Assembly (NCBI GenBank): GCA_964435235.1
Contig: CAYSXZ010000032.1
Coordinates: 1-49,191 of the forward strand
Origin: Candidatus Micrarchaeota archaeon
GTDB lineage: Archaea; Micrarchaeota; Micrarchaeia; Anstonellales; Bilamarchaeaceae
Length of the DNA stretch: 49,191 nt
Direction: 5' to 3'
The position numbers were made by a program, and so were the translations under genes. This document shows positions 28,620-37,577 of this stretch, piece by piece. Below the pieces are notes generated by a model, which saw nothing but the letters and a program-made list of their open reading frames with translations, had not been told where the DNA came from and searched no databases. Every line of letters begins with the position of its first letter. Positions within the stretch are counted from its first letter, which is position 1.

Positions 28620-29873
28620 ATGAAACAACTATCATTGGTATTGTTTTTGGTTCTACTCGCACAGTTCGTTTCAGCAGCTGAGATAGATTGCAGAGGATAT
28701 ACGGACTCCTTTGACGTGCGTGTTCTCGATGCAAAACTTAGGCCTGTAGAGGGAGCGTTGGTAACGGTGATGTTCGACAGAGGCGCGAGTTTTGGCGAGC
28801 AGTATTTTGTAACAGAGCCTCTCCCAACAAACGCTGATGGCATTAGGCATTTTTCTATTGCAAATCAAGGAACAGAAACAAGAAAGATAGACTGCAGAAT
28901 ATGGATAAACGCAACGCTTGGTAAGGCAAAGGCCACGAAGACAGTAATAGCAAATTCACATGGCCAATTTATCGACCTAAATCTCAACGTATATCTTTTG
29001 GATATGATAGTTGATGACCAGAATGGAAAACCTATAGAAAATGCAACCGTAACTGTTAACGGAATAAGCAAGCTTACCGGAAAGGATGGAAGGGCGAGGT
29101 TTTATACACCACCAGGACTCATAGATTACGTTGCATCGTACTACCGGGGAAAGGAGAGCGGGAAGATATACATAAGAAATGATACAAATTATGAAATAGT
29201 GCTGCGCAGACATTCTGTAAGCATAGACTCTGTGGATGATGAAGGTAAACCTGTTGAAGCTACCATCTTTATATTCAATGAGAGTTTTCCTATGACGAAC
29301 GGTCATTACGAGACAGAGGTTTTTGGAGATACGATTGAAGGGACCGTAAGCTATGCGGGGTTTGAAAAAACAATTGTGATGGATCTAGATAGGAGGAATA
29401 CATCTGTTGTTGTATTCGACCTCCGTCCGCCTTCGATAAAGAGTACAGAGATAACAGTGATAGGAAAACGACCGCGCATGACTATAAGGGTAGCTGACGA
29501 TGGTAAATATGCAAGTGGTGTGAATGTTTCTGGCACTAAAGTGATCTACCGCATCCTTCCGTTGGAGGTTGGTTCTGGTTGGAGCAGTGCTACGACATTT
29601 GCTACTAGTCTAGACACCTTTGTCAGCGATTTTCCAGAATTAGAAAGCGATAAGACTATAGAGTTTAGAATAGAAATTCGAGACAATGAAGGAAATACGG
29701 CAGTCCGTGAGGGAAGGTTTGTTGTGCCAGAGAGCAATGTGGAGATAACACAAGATCAGACCCAAACTGATAAAAATTCACAAATTCTTTACATCGCAAT
29801 TGTAGTAATAATTATAATTGTTGCGGTTTATATTGTGAAACATGCATTAGGAGTAGGAAAAAATGAGAGGTAA
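28620..29873 (+). CDS. Cell-surface protein with carboxypeptidase-regulatory-like/Ig beta domains, signal peptide and C-terminal TM anchor
   Basis: MKQLSLVLFLVLLAQFVSA signal. Repeated V.D..GKP(I/V)E.A.V motifs. C-terminal ILYIAIVVIIIIVAVYIVK. Confidence 0.75.
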   Translation: MKQLSLVLFLVLLAQFVSAAEIDCRGYTDSFDVRVLDAKLRPVEGALVTVMFDRGASFGEQYFVTEPLPTNADGIRHFSIANQGTETRKIDCRIWINATLGKAKATKTVIANSHGQFIDLNLNVYLLDMIVDDQNGKPIENATVTVNGISKLTGKDGRARFYTPPGLIDYVASYYRGKESGKIYIRNDTNYEIVLRRHSVSIDSVDDEGKPVEATIFIFNESFPMTNGHYETEVFGDTIEGTVSYAGFEKTIVMDLDRRNTSVVVFDLRPPSIKSTEITVIGKRPRMTIRVADDGKYASGVNVSGTKVIYRILPLEVGSGWSSATTFATSLDTFVSDFPELESDKTIEFRIEIRDNEGNTAVREGRFVVPESNVEITQDQTQTDKNSQILYIAIVVIIIIVAVYIVKHALGVGKNER

Positions 29874-29898
29874 AGAACAAAGCAAACATTTAAAAAAT

Positions 29899-29968
29899 AT
29901 ATGTTACATATTAAAACACAGAAATTCATAAAGTATAAACAAAATATGATAAAATATGAATTATGAAT
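29899..29968 (+). promoter_or_regulatory. Candidate operator region of the triple-HTH gene
   Basis: Palindrome ATATGT-T-ACATAT (29899-29911) just after TTTAAAAA. Direct repeats AAAATATGA at 29941 and 29951. Confidence 0.4.
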
Positions 29969-29980
29969 AGGTGATTGAAG

Positions 29981-30718
29981 ATGCCTCGTGGAAGAAAGAT
30001 TGTTATAGAAACGGAGATAAACGATGATGTGGTAGAAAAGTATAGGTCAATTGACCTCAACAAGATAATGAAGGAAAGGGCAGAGGTAGAAACCAGCCTT
30101 TCTGGCTCGTTAGCAACTGTTTTTAAAGCTGCCCAGGATCTCTATAAGCAAGGTCTTAATGAAGAGGCATTGAAAGATTCGCATAACTTATATTCTGTAA
30201 AATCAGCTTACGACTATCTTAGAAGTAAAGGGGTCGTTATCTCATTTAGAGCATTTGGTGGAAGAATAGAAAGAGGTACGGTCCCTTATGTAAAGGTCGG
30301 AAGAAAAAGATTTATACCACAATCTATTCTGGATGACATAGCGAATATAAAAGAAGAGTTTTACACTGTAAAAGAAGCGTATCAGCAGTACAAAAAGGCA
30401 AATCCAAAAATAAACTTTAGGGCATTTATAGGGAGAATTGAAAAAGGATCTGTTCCATCGGTAAAATTTGGCACGAGAAGGCTTGTTCCACGTGATGCAG
30501 TGGAGGCACTTACTCATGTTAGTAATAACTACTATACAGTAAGCGCAGCGATAAAGGAACTTCACAAGAATGGTATAAAGATAAGGAGAAATGCATTTGA
30601 AAGAAGATTGGATAGGGGAAGAATACCACACGAAAAGATAGGCGGAAGGAGGTTTATCCACCACAAGGTTCTTTCAGAACTTATCGACAAAGAACTCGCA
30701 CTTAGAAAGGCCGCCTAA
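29981..30718 (+). CDS. DNA-binding protein with three tandem excisionase/MerR-like (HTH_17, BldC-like) domains
   Basis: Three copies of Y(S/T)V..A...L/Y......I...AF..R(I/L)(E/D)(R/K)G.(V/I)P..K.G..R.(I/V). AGGTGA RBS. Confidence 0.75.
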   Translation: MPRGRKIVIETEINDDVVEKYRSIDLNKIMKERAEVETSLSGSLATVFKAAQDLYKQGLNEEALKDSHNLYSVKSAYDYLRSKGVVISFRAFGGRIERGTVPYVKVGRKRFIPQSILDDIANIKEEFYTVKEAYQQYKKANPKINFRAFIGRIEKGSVPSVKFGTRRLVPRDAVEALTHVSNNYYTVSAAIKELHKNGIKIRRNAFERRLDRGRIPHEKIGGRRFIHHKVLSELIDKELALRKAA

Positions 30719-30809
30719 GAGCCATTTCTACCTTTTTCTTTTCCTAGTTAATTATCCTAATTTTACATTTTTAGAAACATTTAAAAAATTAAGCTGAGTA
30801 ATATAATAC

Positions 30810-32321
30810 ATGTCGCAAATATTGGTTGTTAGAGGAAAAAAAGCCGATGACCATCCTGCATCGACAAGATGGAAAAAATTTAAGGATATTATACATAACG
30901 CCAAGTGCTACTTGCAAAAAAGAAGGGAAAATGTTATTAAGAAAGCGATGGAACACGGAAATACTGGAAAAGTGTTAAGACTATTAAATAGGATCAATGA
31001 TGAGAGCAAAAAGGATTGTATAGACTACTTAGAGAAGGAAAATACGAAATATAGTTATAGCGACTGCAAAAGGATTTATGTGATGGCAAAACAGGAAGGT
31101 GGCGCGTATCCTGATTTAGTTGTAAAGGTATATAAGAAGCTTAACGAAAATGAAAAGAGCAAGTTTTTGAGTATAATAAACAAAGAAATCGAAGAAAAAC
31201 TCCGTTATTTGAAATGGAGTGGTATAGTTGATGAAAGCTTCAAAACTGTAATGAAAATTTACGGTGAAATAGGAAATAGTGATGAAAGTACAAACCTTAC
31301 AAAATATTGGGATATATTAAGAGATATAGTTTATGGTGGAAGCAAAAATTCTCTTTCTGTTAGGATGTTTGCACTCGACGTTCTTTACGCAAGTAACTAC
31401 GGAAGCATCGAATTCTGGAAAAGCGTAGTGGCAGTAAATGGAAATGGCGACCAGCATGAGCTTGCGAAATATGGTTTAAAACTTCTTTTGAGAAAAGAAA
31501 CAGAAGGAAGTGAGCAGTTTTTTTTAGAAAATCTTGATGGAGTTGCAAAAAAATTAGTAGAAGTTAGTTGCATGCCTGAACTCGGAAGAGAGGAAAAGAA
31601 GAGGCTGCTAAGCTTTATTGCTTCTACCCTTTGTAATGGCAGTGATGAACAGAAACTTGCTCTCCTAGGAGCTCTTAATTCGTCAAAAAAACTTCATGCT
31701 GGATTGAGAGATAGCAAAATGGTTGAAGCTATTTTGAAAATTCTAAATAGGTACAACAAAACATACCTAGATGAATTTAGTAGATTGGAAGAGGGGTTAA
31801 AAGCGGCAAAGAAAAAAAGAGAGAACGTCAAAGAAGAATTGTTTTTCAGTATAGATGAATTCATCTCAAAGGTTGAAAAGGAATTAGATAAATATAGATT
31901 GACAGAAGAGCTTGTGTTAGCTGCTCTCCTTTTTCTTTCTAGAATACAGTGGTGCCCCGAGGAGTTAAAGAATAGATTATTTGATCTTCTTAAAATTGGA
32001 AGCGAAAATGATAAAATTGTGAAAAGAATTGCGAAAGCACTCAGGTACAGCAAGATTAGTAATAGCGAGATTAACGAGATACCTCTAAAGAAAATGATAA
32101 CTGCTCTTTTAGATTCTGCTTATATAGATGACAATATCGCTGCAGGAGAGATTTTGATTATGCTTCAAGGTTCGGAAGAAGCAAAAAGACTTATTAGAGA
32201 AGCTGCGATACCTGAATTAAAAGACCTTATTGATGACGAGAAATTGGATAAGAAAAAGAAGGAGAATATAATCAATATTCTCGAACAACTCAAAAAAATG
32301 AATGCGACCGCCGGGATTTGA
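30810..32321 (+). CDS. Large hypothetical alpha-helical (ARM/HEAT-like) protein, K/E-rich
   Basis: 503-aa ORF with a TATA box at 30780. Helical Leu-rich pattern (e.g. AAIPELKDLI). No recognisable catalytic motif. Confidence 0.65.
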   Translation: MSQILVVRGKKADDHPASTRWKKFKDIIHNAKCYLQKRRENVIKKAMEHGNTGKVLRLLNRINDESKKDCIDYLEKENTKYSYSDCKRIYVMAKQEGGAYPDLVVKVYKKLNENEKSKFLSIINKEIEEKLRYLKWSGIVDESFKTVMKIYGEIGNSDESTNLTKYWDILRDIVYGGSKNSLSVRMFALDVLYASNYGSIEFWKSVVAVNGNGDQHELAKYGLKLLLRKETEGSEQFFLENLDGVAKKLVEVSCMPELGREEKKRLLSFIASTLCNGSDEQKLALLGALNSSKKLHAGLRDSKMVEAILKILNRYNKTYLDEFSRLEEGLKAAKKKRENVKEELFFSIDEFISKVEKELDKYRLTEELVLAALLFLSRIQWCPEELKNRLFDLLKIGSENDKIVKRIAKALRYSKISNSEINEIPLKKMITALLDSAYIDDNIAAGEILIMLQGSEEAKRLIREAAIPELKDLIDDEKLDKKKKENIINILEQLKKMNATAGI

Positions 32322-32374
32322 ACCCGGGTCGTTGGCTTGGAAGGCCAAAATCCTGACCACTAGACTACGGTCGC
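32303..32374 (-). tRNA. tRNA-Gly(TCC)
   Basis: GCGACCG/CGGTCGC-A acceptor stem. Anticodon arm TTGGC-CTTCCAA-GCCAA. T-loop TTCAAAT. Confidence 0.96.
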
Positions 32375-32375
32375 A

Positions 32376-33029
32376 TTAGAAGACTGATGCAAACTCTCTC
32401 AGAATGGATTTTGGGTCTTGCGCTTTTACAAATGCGCTTGCTACAAGAATTCCATCAGTGCCCAATTCCAGCGCTTTTTTAACATCCTCCTTGGTGCTCA
32501 CTCCTGCACCACAAAGAATGTTTACCTTAGTGCTCAAATCTTTTATTTTATTTACGGTTTCTGTTATCACCTCTGGTTTTGTGGTTGAAACGCTCTTTCC
32601 GCTGCCTATAAGTTCTGGTGGCTCTATTGCAACATGAATCGGAGCAAGGGCGGCTATCTCGGCGGCTTCTTGAGGGCTTTCTGCGCATGCGATAGTCTCG
32701 AGTGTTAAGGCGTGAAGATGGCCGAGTACTCTTTTGATGTCCTCCATCCCAATTCTTTTTTCGGAATGATTTACAAGCGAGCCCTTTACTGATAAAGATT
32801 TGAGAAGCTCTGCTGGAATAGAGCCTGTATGCGCACCAGGAGGGTATGGGTCGGTATGTTGGGCGAAAACATCAGAGAACCTCTCTGCAGCTTCTTTGAG
32901 AAATGGTGCTGGCGGGCAGATTACTATCCTTACTCCGGTCTCTTCTACCACTTCGCTTGCGATATCTGTAAATAAGAGGGCTTTGCTTATTGTTTCCGAA
33001 TATGTTTTGAGATTGAGAACAATCACCAA
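32376..33029 (-). CDS. tpiA: Triosephosphate isomerase (archaeal type)
   Basis: LNLKTY, AQH, GAHTG, LVNHSE, AIEPPELIGSG, LCGAGV. Confidence 0.95.
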   Translation of the reverse strand: MVIVLNLKTYSETISKALLFTDIASEVVEETGVRIVICPPAPFLKEAAERFSDVFAQHTDPYPPGAHTGSIPAELLKSLSVKGSLVNHSEKRIGMEDIKRVLGHLHALTLETIACAESPQEAAEIAALAPIHVAIEPPELIGSGKSVSTTKPEVITETVNKIKDLSTKVNILCGAGVSTKEDVKKALELGTDGILVASAFVKAQDPKSILREFASVF

Positions 33030-33047
33030 ATCACCTTGAATACAAAT

Positions 33048-33168
33048 TAGCCCCGAGCGGATTCTCGTTCTAATAGATTTCGAACCGCTGTCCCAAGGTC
33101 CAGAGCCTTGTATCTTATCAGCCCATAAATCTTCATTTATGGTCCCTTGACCACTAGACTACGGGGCT
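33048..33168 (-). tRNA. tRNA-Gln(CTG) with two non-canonical introns: 33115-33145 (about position 22/23) and 33062-33078 (position 59/60)
   Basis: Removing both introns gives the 73-nt AGCCCCGTAGTCTAGTGGTCAAG|GATACAAGGCTCTGGACCTTGGGACAGCGGTTCGAA|TCCGCTCGGGGCTA, with the A1-U72 pair typical of archaeal tRNA-Gln. Both junctions form a 4-bp helix flanked by 3-nt bulges. Confidence 0.88.
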
Positions 33169-33226
33169 ATTTACAAAGTTAATATTAGACATAATTTATT
33201 AAAACAATTACTGACTAGAAATTATC

Positions 33227-34390
33227 ATGCTTCTCACTGAAAAATATTCGCCGAAGAGCATAGACGAGATGGTAGGAAATGATGAAGCAAGAGAAAAAAT
33301 AAAAAAATGGATGCTTAACTGGCTCGGCGGTAAAAAAAGGAGACCGCTTTTGGTTTATGGCCCATCCGGGGTTGGAAAAACATCTGCGGCATACGCTCTA
33401 ATGAGAGAGTTTGACCTAGAACTTATTGAAATGAATGCCAGCGAGTTGCGAAATAGAGAACGAATGGAGGCCGTTGTCAAATCTGCGATGCTTGCTGGTA
33501 CTCTTAGCGGAAAAATAAAGATTATTCTTATAGATGATGTTGATGTCTTCGCGGGAAAAAAGGACAGCGGAGGACCTGCTGCGCTTGCGGCACTCCTCAA
33601 GGAGACAAACTGTCCCGTATTACTAACTGCTACTGATGCATGGGACAAGAAACTAGCTACTATAAGAAGCGAATGCGAACTTGTTGAGATGAAGAGAGTA
33701 AACAAGATCGCTATAAGAAAGTTGATTGAGAGGATTATAAAAAGCGAGGGCATGAACATCGAAGAAGCAGATATTAATAGAATAATAGAAAATGCAAACG
33801 GAGATGTTCGCTCAGCGCTTAATGATCTGCAAACAGGAAAGACAAGCCTAAGAGATAGAGAAAAGGATATTTTCATGAAGATGAAAACTCTATTCAAAGC
33901 ATCGACATGGGTGGAAGCGAGAAGCGTTGCTTACGGAGACGTCGATTTTGATATTCTGAAATTTTGGATCGATGAAAACATTCCAAATGAATATGAGGAT
34001 ATAAATGAGATAGCTGCTGCCTACAATTGGCTTTCAAGGTCTGATGTTTTTGAAGGTAGGATAGCAAAGAGCAGCTGGGTTCTTCTTAAATATTCAATAG
34101 ACCTAGCAACTACTGGTGTAGCACTTTCTAAAAGAAGGATGTATAACAAGTTTACCAGATACTCCTTTCCAACATATCTGCGAGAGATGAGTAGGGCTGC
34201 ACAGTCGAGGAGCATCGCAAAGAGTGTTGGTACAAAGATCGGTAGAAGAACATACGCCAATGCAAAAGAAGCGTTGGAGATGTTGCCGATTATATCTCTG
34301 CAGATGAAAAATAACTTAGAAAGTATAATAGCATACTACGAGCTAAATGAGGATGAAGTTGATTTTATAGTAAGTAAAGAATCTAAATGA
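33227..34390 (+). CDS. rfcL: Replication factor C large subunit
   Basis: TEKYSPKS, GPSGVGKT, EMNASELR, GDVRSALNDLQ, WIDENIP.EY. Confidence 0.93.
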   Translation: MLLTEKYSPKSIDEMVGNDEAREKIKKWMLNWLGGKKRRPLLVYGPSGVGKTSAAYALMREFDLELIEMNASELRNRERMEAVVKSAMLAGTLSGKIKIILIDDVDVFAGKKDSGGPAALAALLKETNCPVLLTATDAWDKKLATIRSECELVEMKRVNKIAIRKLIERIIKSEGMNIEEADINRIIENANGDVRSALNDLQTGKTSLRDREKDIFMKMKTLFKASTWVEARSVAYGDVDFDILKFWIDENIPNEYEDINEIAAAYNWLSRSDVFEGRIAKSSWVLLKYSIDLATTGVALSKRRMYNKFTRYSFPTYLREMSRAAQSRSIAKSVGTKIGRRTYANAKEALEMLPIISLQMKNNLESIIAYYELNEDEVDFIVSKESK

Positions 34391-35897
34391 AATTTGAAAT
34401 CTTAGTTTGGCCTACCAGAGGCTGTTTCTTTTCTGGATTGAATGTTGGTTTTTGCATCTTATTTTCTAGCTTTCCGATCATTCTCCTTTTCATTATGGTG
34501 AGTATTTCCTTCATCTTCTTCTCCTTTCTAAACGATGACCAATAATAATACTCGTCCCTTGTTCCCTTTGTCATTAAGATGTAGACCTCCCCTTTCTTAA
34601 GTCTTGCTGCACGACCGCGCCTCTGTATGCTTCTTATCTCGCTAGGAACTGGCTCGTAGAAGATGACTGCATCAACTGCCGGGACATCCAGACCTTCCTC
34701 TCCTATGCTACTGGCAATTAACACATCGAAAAGGCCAGAACGGAACTCCTCCATCGTCTTCTCTTGCATCTTCCTTGTAAAGGTGCCCTTTTTTCCAACA
34801 AACTGCTTTGCAGGTATACCAATCTTCGATAGCTCGTTTTCGATTTTGGTTATCTGATCTCGGTATTGGGCAAAGATTATAATCTTCTTTCCAGAAAGAG
34901 ACCTTACCAAATCTAGAAGCTTGCCCAATTTAGGATGCTCATTATCATTTTCAAAAATTAATCTCTTCAGTTCAGCAAATTTTTTCTCGTGCAGCAGTCG
35001 TTTTGCAGATTTGCTTTGTTTCTCCTCTATCTTTTTAACATATTGCCTCAGTGCGTGCAATCCCTGGGTCTCAAGAAGCTCTGACATATGAAGAAGGTTA
35101 AGCAGAATAGAATATTCTACAAGTGCATGATACTTCAGACCTCTGTCTATGCTCAATATCTTATTCCTCAGATCAAGAAACCTTCCTTTATGTTTGAGCG
35201 GTGGTGGAAAACCCATTCCTGCAAGAGCCCTTGCATGCGATGCCATCATTTCATCAATATTATTTTTTATTTTTTTAAGGAGGGGGGAGAGTTCAACAGG
35301 AATCCAGGTGATTGTGCTTTTCTGAACGTATTGTGCAACATCTTCATCGAATGATGTTCGTATTTCTATGTTTTTGATTTTTAAATTATTGACGACCTCT
35401 TCTATCCTTTCCCTTTTTCCTCCTGGAGATGCGGTGAGACCAACAAAAAGCGTATTGTTGAGTTTATCTGCAATAGAGACATAAGCGTAATCACCAACTG
35501 CCCGGTGGCATTCGTCAAAGATGCATAGGGAAAAATCTGACGAGAGAATACCTTCCTCAAGGTCGTTTCTTATTGTTTGAGGTGTTGCAACTATAACCTT
35601 TCTAGCATACATTTCCTTCCTCTTTTTTGGTGGTATGTCTCCAGTTATGAGAGAGACTTCATCGGATGGCATAGAGAGAACATCTAATATACTCTCGTAA
35701 TGTTGTTTCGCTAGTGGTTTTGTTGGGGTGAGGAAGAGGCACCTTCCCTTTTTAGAAAATTCGCGTATGAGCATAAGGGCGATAAGTGTTTTTCCTAAAC
35801 CTGTTGGTAGCACTACCAGTGTTGATCCATTTTCTATTATTGAATTATATATTGCCAACTGATACGCTCGCGGTGTAAGTTTCAAAGACGACCCCAA
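34383..35897 (-). CDS. hef: Hef/FANCM-like SF2 helicase (helicase domain only) with a C-terminal PIP box
   Basis: PRAYQ, LPTGLGKT, DECHRAVG.YAY, GLTASPG, EEGLD, QRRGR. Ends QTKISNFI. Confidence 0.88.
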   Translation of the reverse strand: MGSSLKLTPRAYQLAIYNSIIENGSTLVVLPTGLGKTLIALMLIREFSKKGRCLFLTPTKPLAKQHYESILDVLSMPSDEVSLITGDIPPKKRKEMYARKVIVATPQTIRNDLEEGILSSDFSLCIFDECHRAVGDYAYVSIADKLNNTLFVGLTASPGGKRERIEEVVNNLKIKNIEIRTSFDEDVAQYVQKSTITWIPVELSPLLKKIKNNIDEMMASHARALAGMGFPPPLKHKGRFLDLRNKILSIDRGLKYHALVEYSILLNLLHMSELLETQGLHALRQYVKKIEEKQSKSAKRLLHEKKFAELKRLIFENDNEHPKLGKLLDLVRSLSGKKIIIFAQYRDQITKIENELSKIGIPAKQFVGKKGTFTRKMQEKTMEEFRSGLFDVLIASSIGEEGLDVPAVDAVIFYEPVPSEIRSIQRRGRAARLKKGEVYILMTKGTRDEYYYWSSFRKEKKMKEILTIMKRRMIGKLENKMQKPTFNPEKKQPLVGQTKISNFI

Positions 35898-35936
35898 GAG
35901 ATATTGTCTAAAAGGATATTAAATGATTGATGTTAA

Positions 35937-36806
35937 CTAGACGAACTCCCCATAAGCTTTTGAAAGATCGATTTGCAACTCGTGTTCAACAAGCGGTTTA
36001 TCTTTTATTTGCGGCAGAAGATCTTCGTAAGTTGGTTTTTCTTCCTTGTAAAAAAGGCCTATCGGTACCTTCCTGTAATCTGTTTTTACATCCTCCTCTG
36101 CCTTTTCCCTAGCTTTCTCTTTGTTTCTCGGATCGTGGTTTGCGTCCTCAAGCTTGTAAATGCGTTCCCTAAACCATTCATAGGTGTTGTGCTTGTTGAA
36201 TGTTACGCATGGCTGGAATACATCAACGAGCGCAAATCCCTTATGCTCAATTGCGCCCTTTAAAAGCTGTTTCAGATGAGCTGGGTCTCCTGTGAATCCC
36301 CGCGCTACATATGTTGCACCGCCATTTATTGCTGTGAGGATTGGATTGAAAGGCATCTCTATAACTCCTTCTGGTGTGGTCTTTGTTTTCATGCCAATAA
36401 GAGAGGTTGGTGATGCTTGACCTGTTGTAAGCCCATATATCTGATTATTATGTACGATATAAGTAAGGTCATAGTTTCGTCTCATTATGTGCATAAAATG
36501 CCCCATGCCTATTCCATAACCATCTCCGTCCCCTCCCTCTGCGATAACAGTAAGCCTAGTATTCGCAAGTCTTATTGCAGAAGCGACTGGTAACGGTCTT
36601 CCATGAAGTCCTTCGAACCCATATGTATTAATATAATGATTTGTTTTTCCACTGCAGCCTATTCCAGTTACGATTACTATCTCGTGCTGCGGTTTCCCAA
36701 TCTCTGCGAGCGCGCCCTTCAGTGCAGTTAGTAAGCCGTAGTTACCGCAACCAGGACACCACTGTGGTTTTTCTTTGACATTCAAATCGTTTATCGTTGC
36801 AGCCAT
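35937..36806 (-). CDS. 2-oxoacid:ferredoxin oxidoreductase beta subunit
   Basis: WCPGCG, GIGCS, HGR, GGDGD TPP motif, NN..YGLT.GQ.SPT, QPCVTFN. Confidence 0.93.
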   Translation of the reverse strand: MAATINDLNVKEKPQWCPGCGNYGLLTALKGALAEIGKPQHEIVIVTGIGCSGKTNHYINTYGFEGLHGRPLPVASAIRLANTRLTVIAEGGDGDGYGIGMGHFMHIMRRNYDLTYIVHNNQIYGLTTGQASPTSLIGMKTKTTPEGVIEMPFNPILTAINGGATYVARGFTGDPAHLKQLLKGAIEHKGFALVDVFQPCVTFNKHNTYEWFRERIYKLEDANHDPRNKEKAREKAEEDVKTDYRKVPIGLFYKEEKPTYEDLLPQIKDKPLVEHELQIDLSKAYGEFV

Positions 36807-36810
36807 ATAA

Positions 36811-37569
36811 TCACCTCTTTTCAAGAACCCAAATCATCTCCTCGCTTTTTCTACCGAATGCCGTTCGGTCGAAGTCCCCATAGAGCGCAACAATCCTGTA
36901 ACCACAGAGTTCAAAGAGATGCTGCGCTTCATACCTAAAGATATATCTGAGATAGAGCCGATATCTCTTCTCCGACAACTTCTTTCCATTTTTCCAGCGC
37001 TCTACATAGATGTTCGTCTTGTTTAGCTGGCTGTATCTGTCGAAAACAACATCTTCGTAGGTTTTGGTTACGATACCGCTTTTTCTATCTTCATTCTGTT
37101 CCATCAACCTTTTCTGCATCCCTTCAATTATGTAATTATAGTCTGGGACAAAGAAGTTTATTATCAGCCTTCCGCCTTTCTTCAGAATCCGCAGGATATT
37201 CGCGAGCGTTGCCTTCTGCTCTTCAACTGTAAGCGCATGAAGGAATGTCCTGTATGGTATTATCACAAGGTCAAATTTTTTTCTTTTTATTACAAAATTT
37301 CGCATGTCGCCCTGTATCCACGGTATTGAAAGACCTTCGGCAAGTGCCTTCTTGTTTGCTATCTCAAGCATCTGTCGCGAGATATCCATCCCAACAATCG
37401 AGACACCAGCTCTTGCAATAGGTATTGTTATCCGCCCTGTTCCGCAACCGATTTCAAGAACTGACTTTGCCTTTTTTGCTTCAGAAACATAGAACTCAAT
37501 ATCGCCTGGCTGACCACGAAAAATCTCATCATAAAGCTTAGCAAATCTATCATATTCGCTTTCCTGCAT
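36811..37569 (-). CDS. Class I SAM-dependent methyltransferase
   Basis: VLEIGCGTGRI, GMDIS..ML, QGDMR, FDLVI, LKKGG. Confidence 0.9.
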   Translation of the reverse strand: MQESEYDRFAKLYDEIFRGQPGDIEFYVSEAKKAKSVLEIGCGTGRITIPIARAGVSIVGMDISRQMLEIANKKALAEGLSIPWIQGDMRNFVIKRKKFDLVIIPYRTFLHALTVEEQKATLANILRILKKGGRLIINFFVPDYNYIIEGMQKRLMEQNEDRKSGIVTKTYEDVVFDRYSQLNKTNIYVERWKNGKKLSEKRYRLYLRYIFRYEAQHLFELCGYRIVALYGDFDRTAFGRKSEEMIWVLEKR

Positions 37570-37577
37570 TTTCTCAC

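Noticed and set aside
28484-28681. 65-aa ORF MMDSLGFEPR...
   Set aside because: It is the antisense reading of tRNA-Ala.
28488-32374. Integrated element bounded by tRNA-Ala and tRNA-Gly
   Set aside because: The shared GGGATTTGAACCC is just the conserved T-arm of two complete tRNAs. No integrase or partial-tRNA att duplication was seen.
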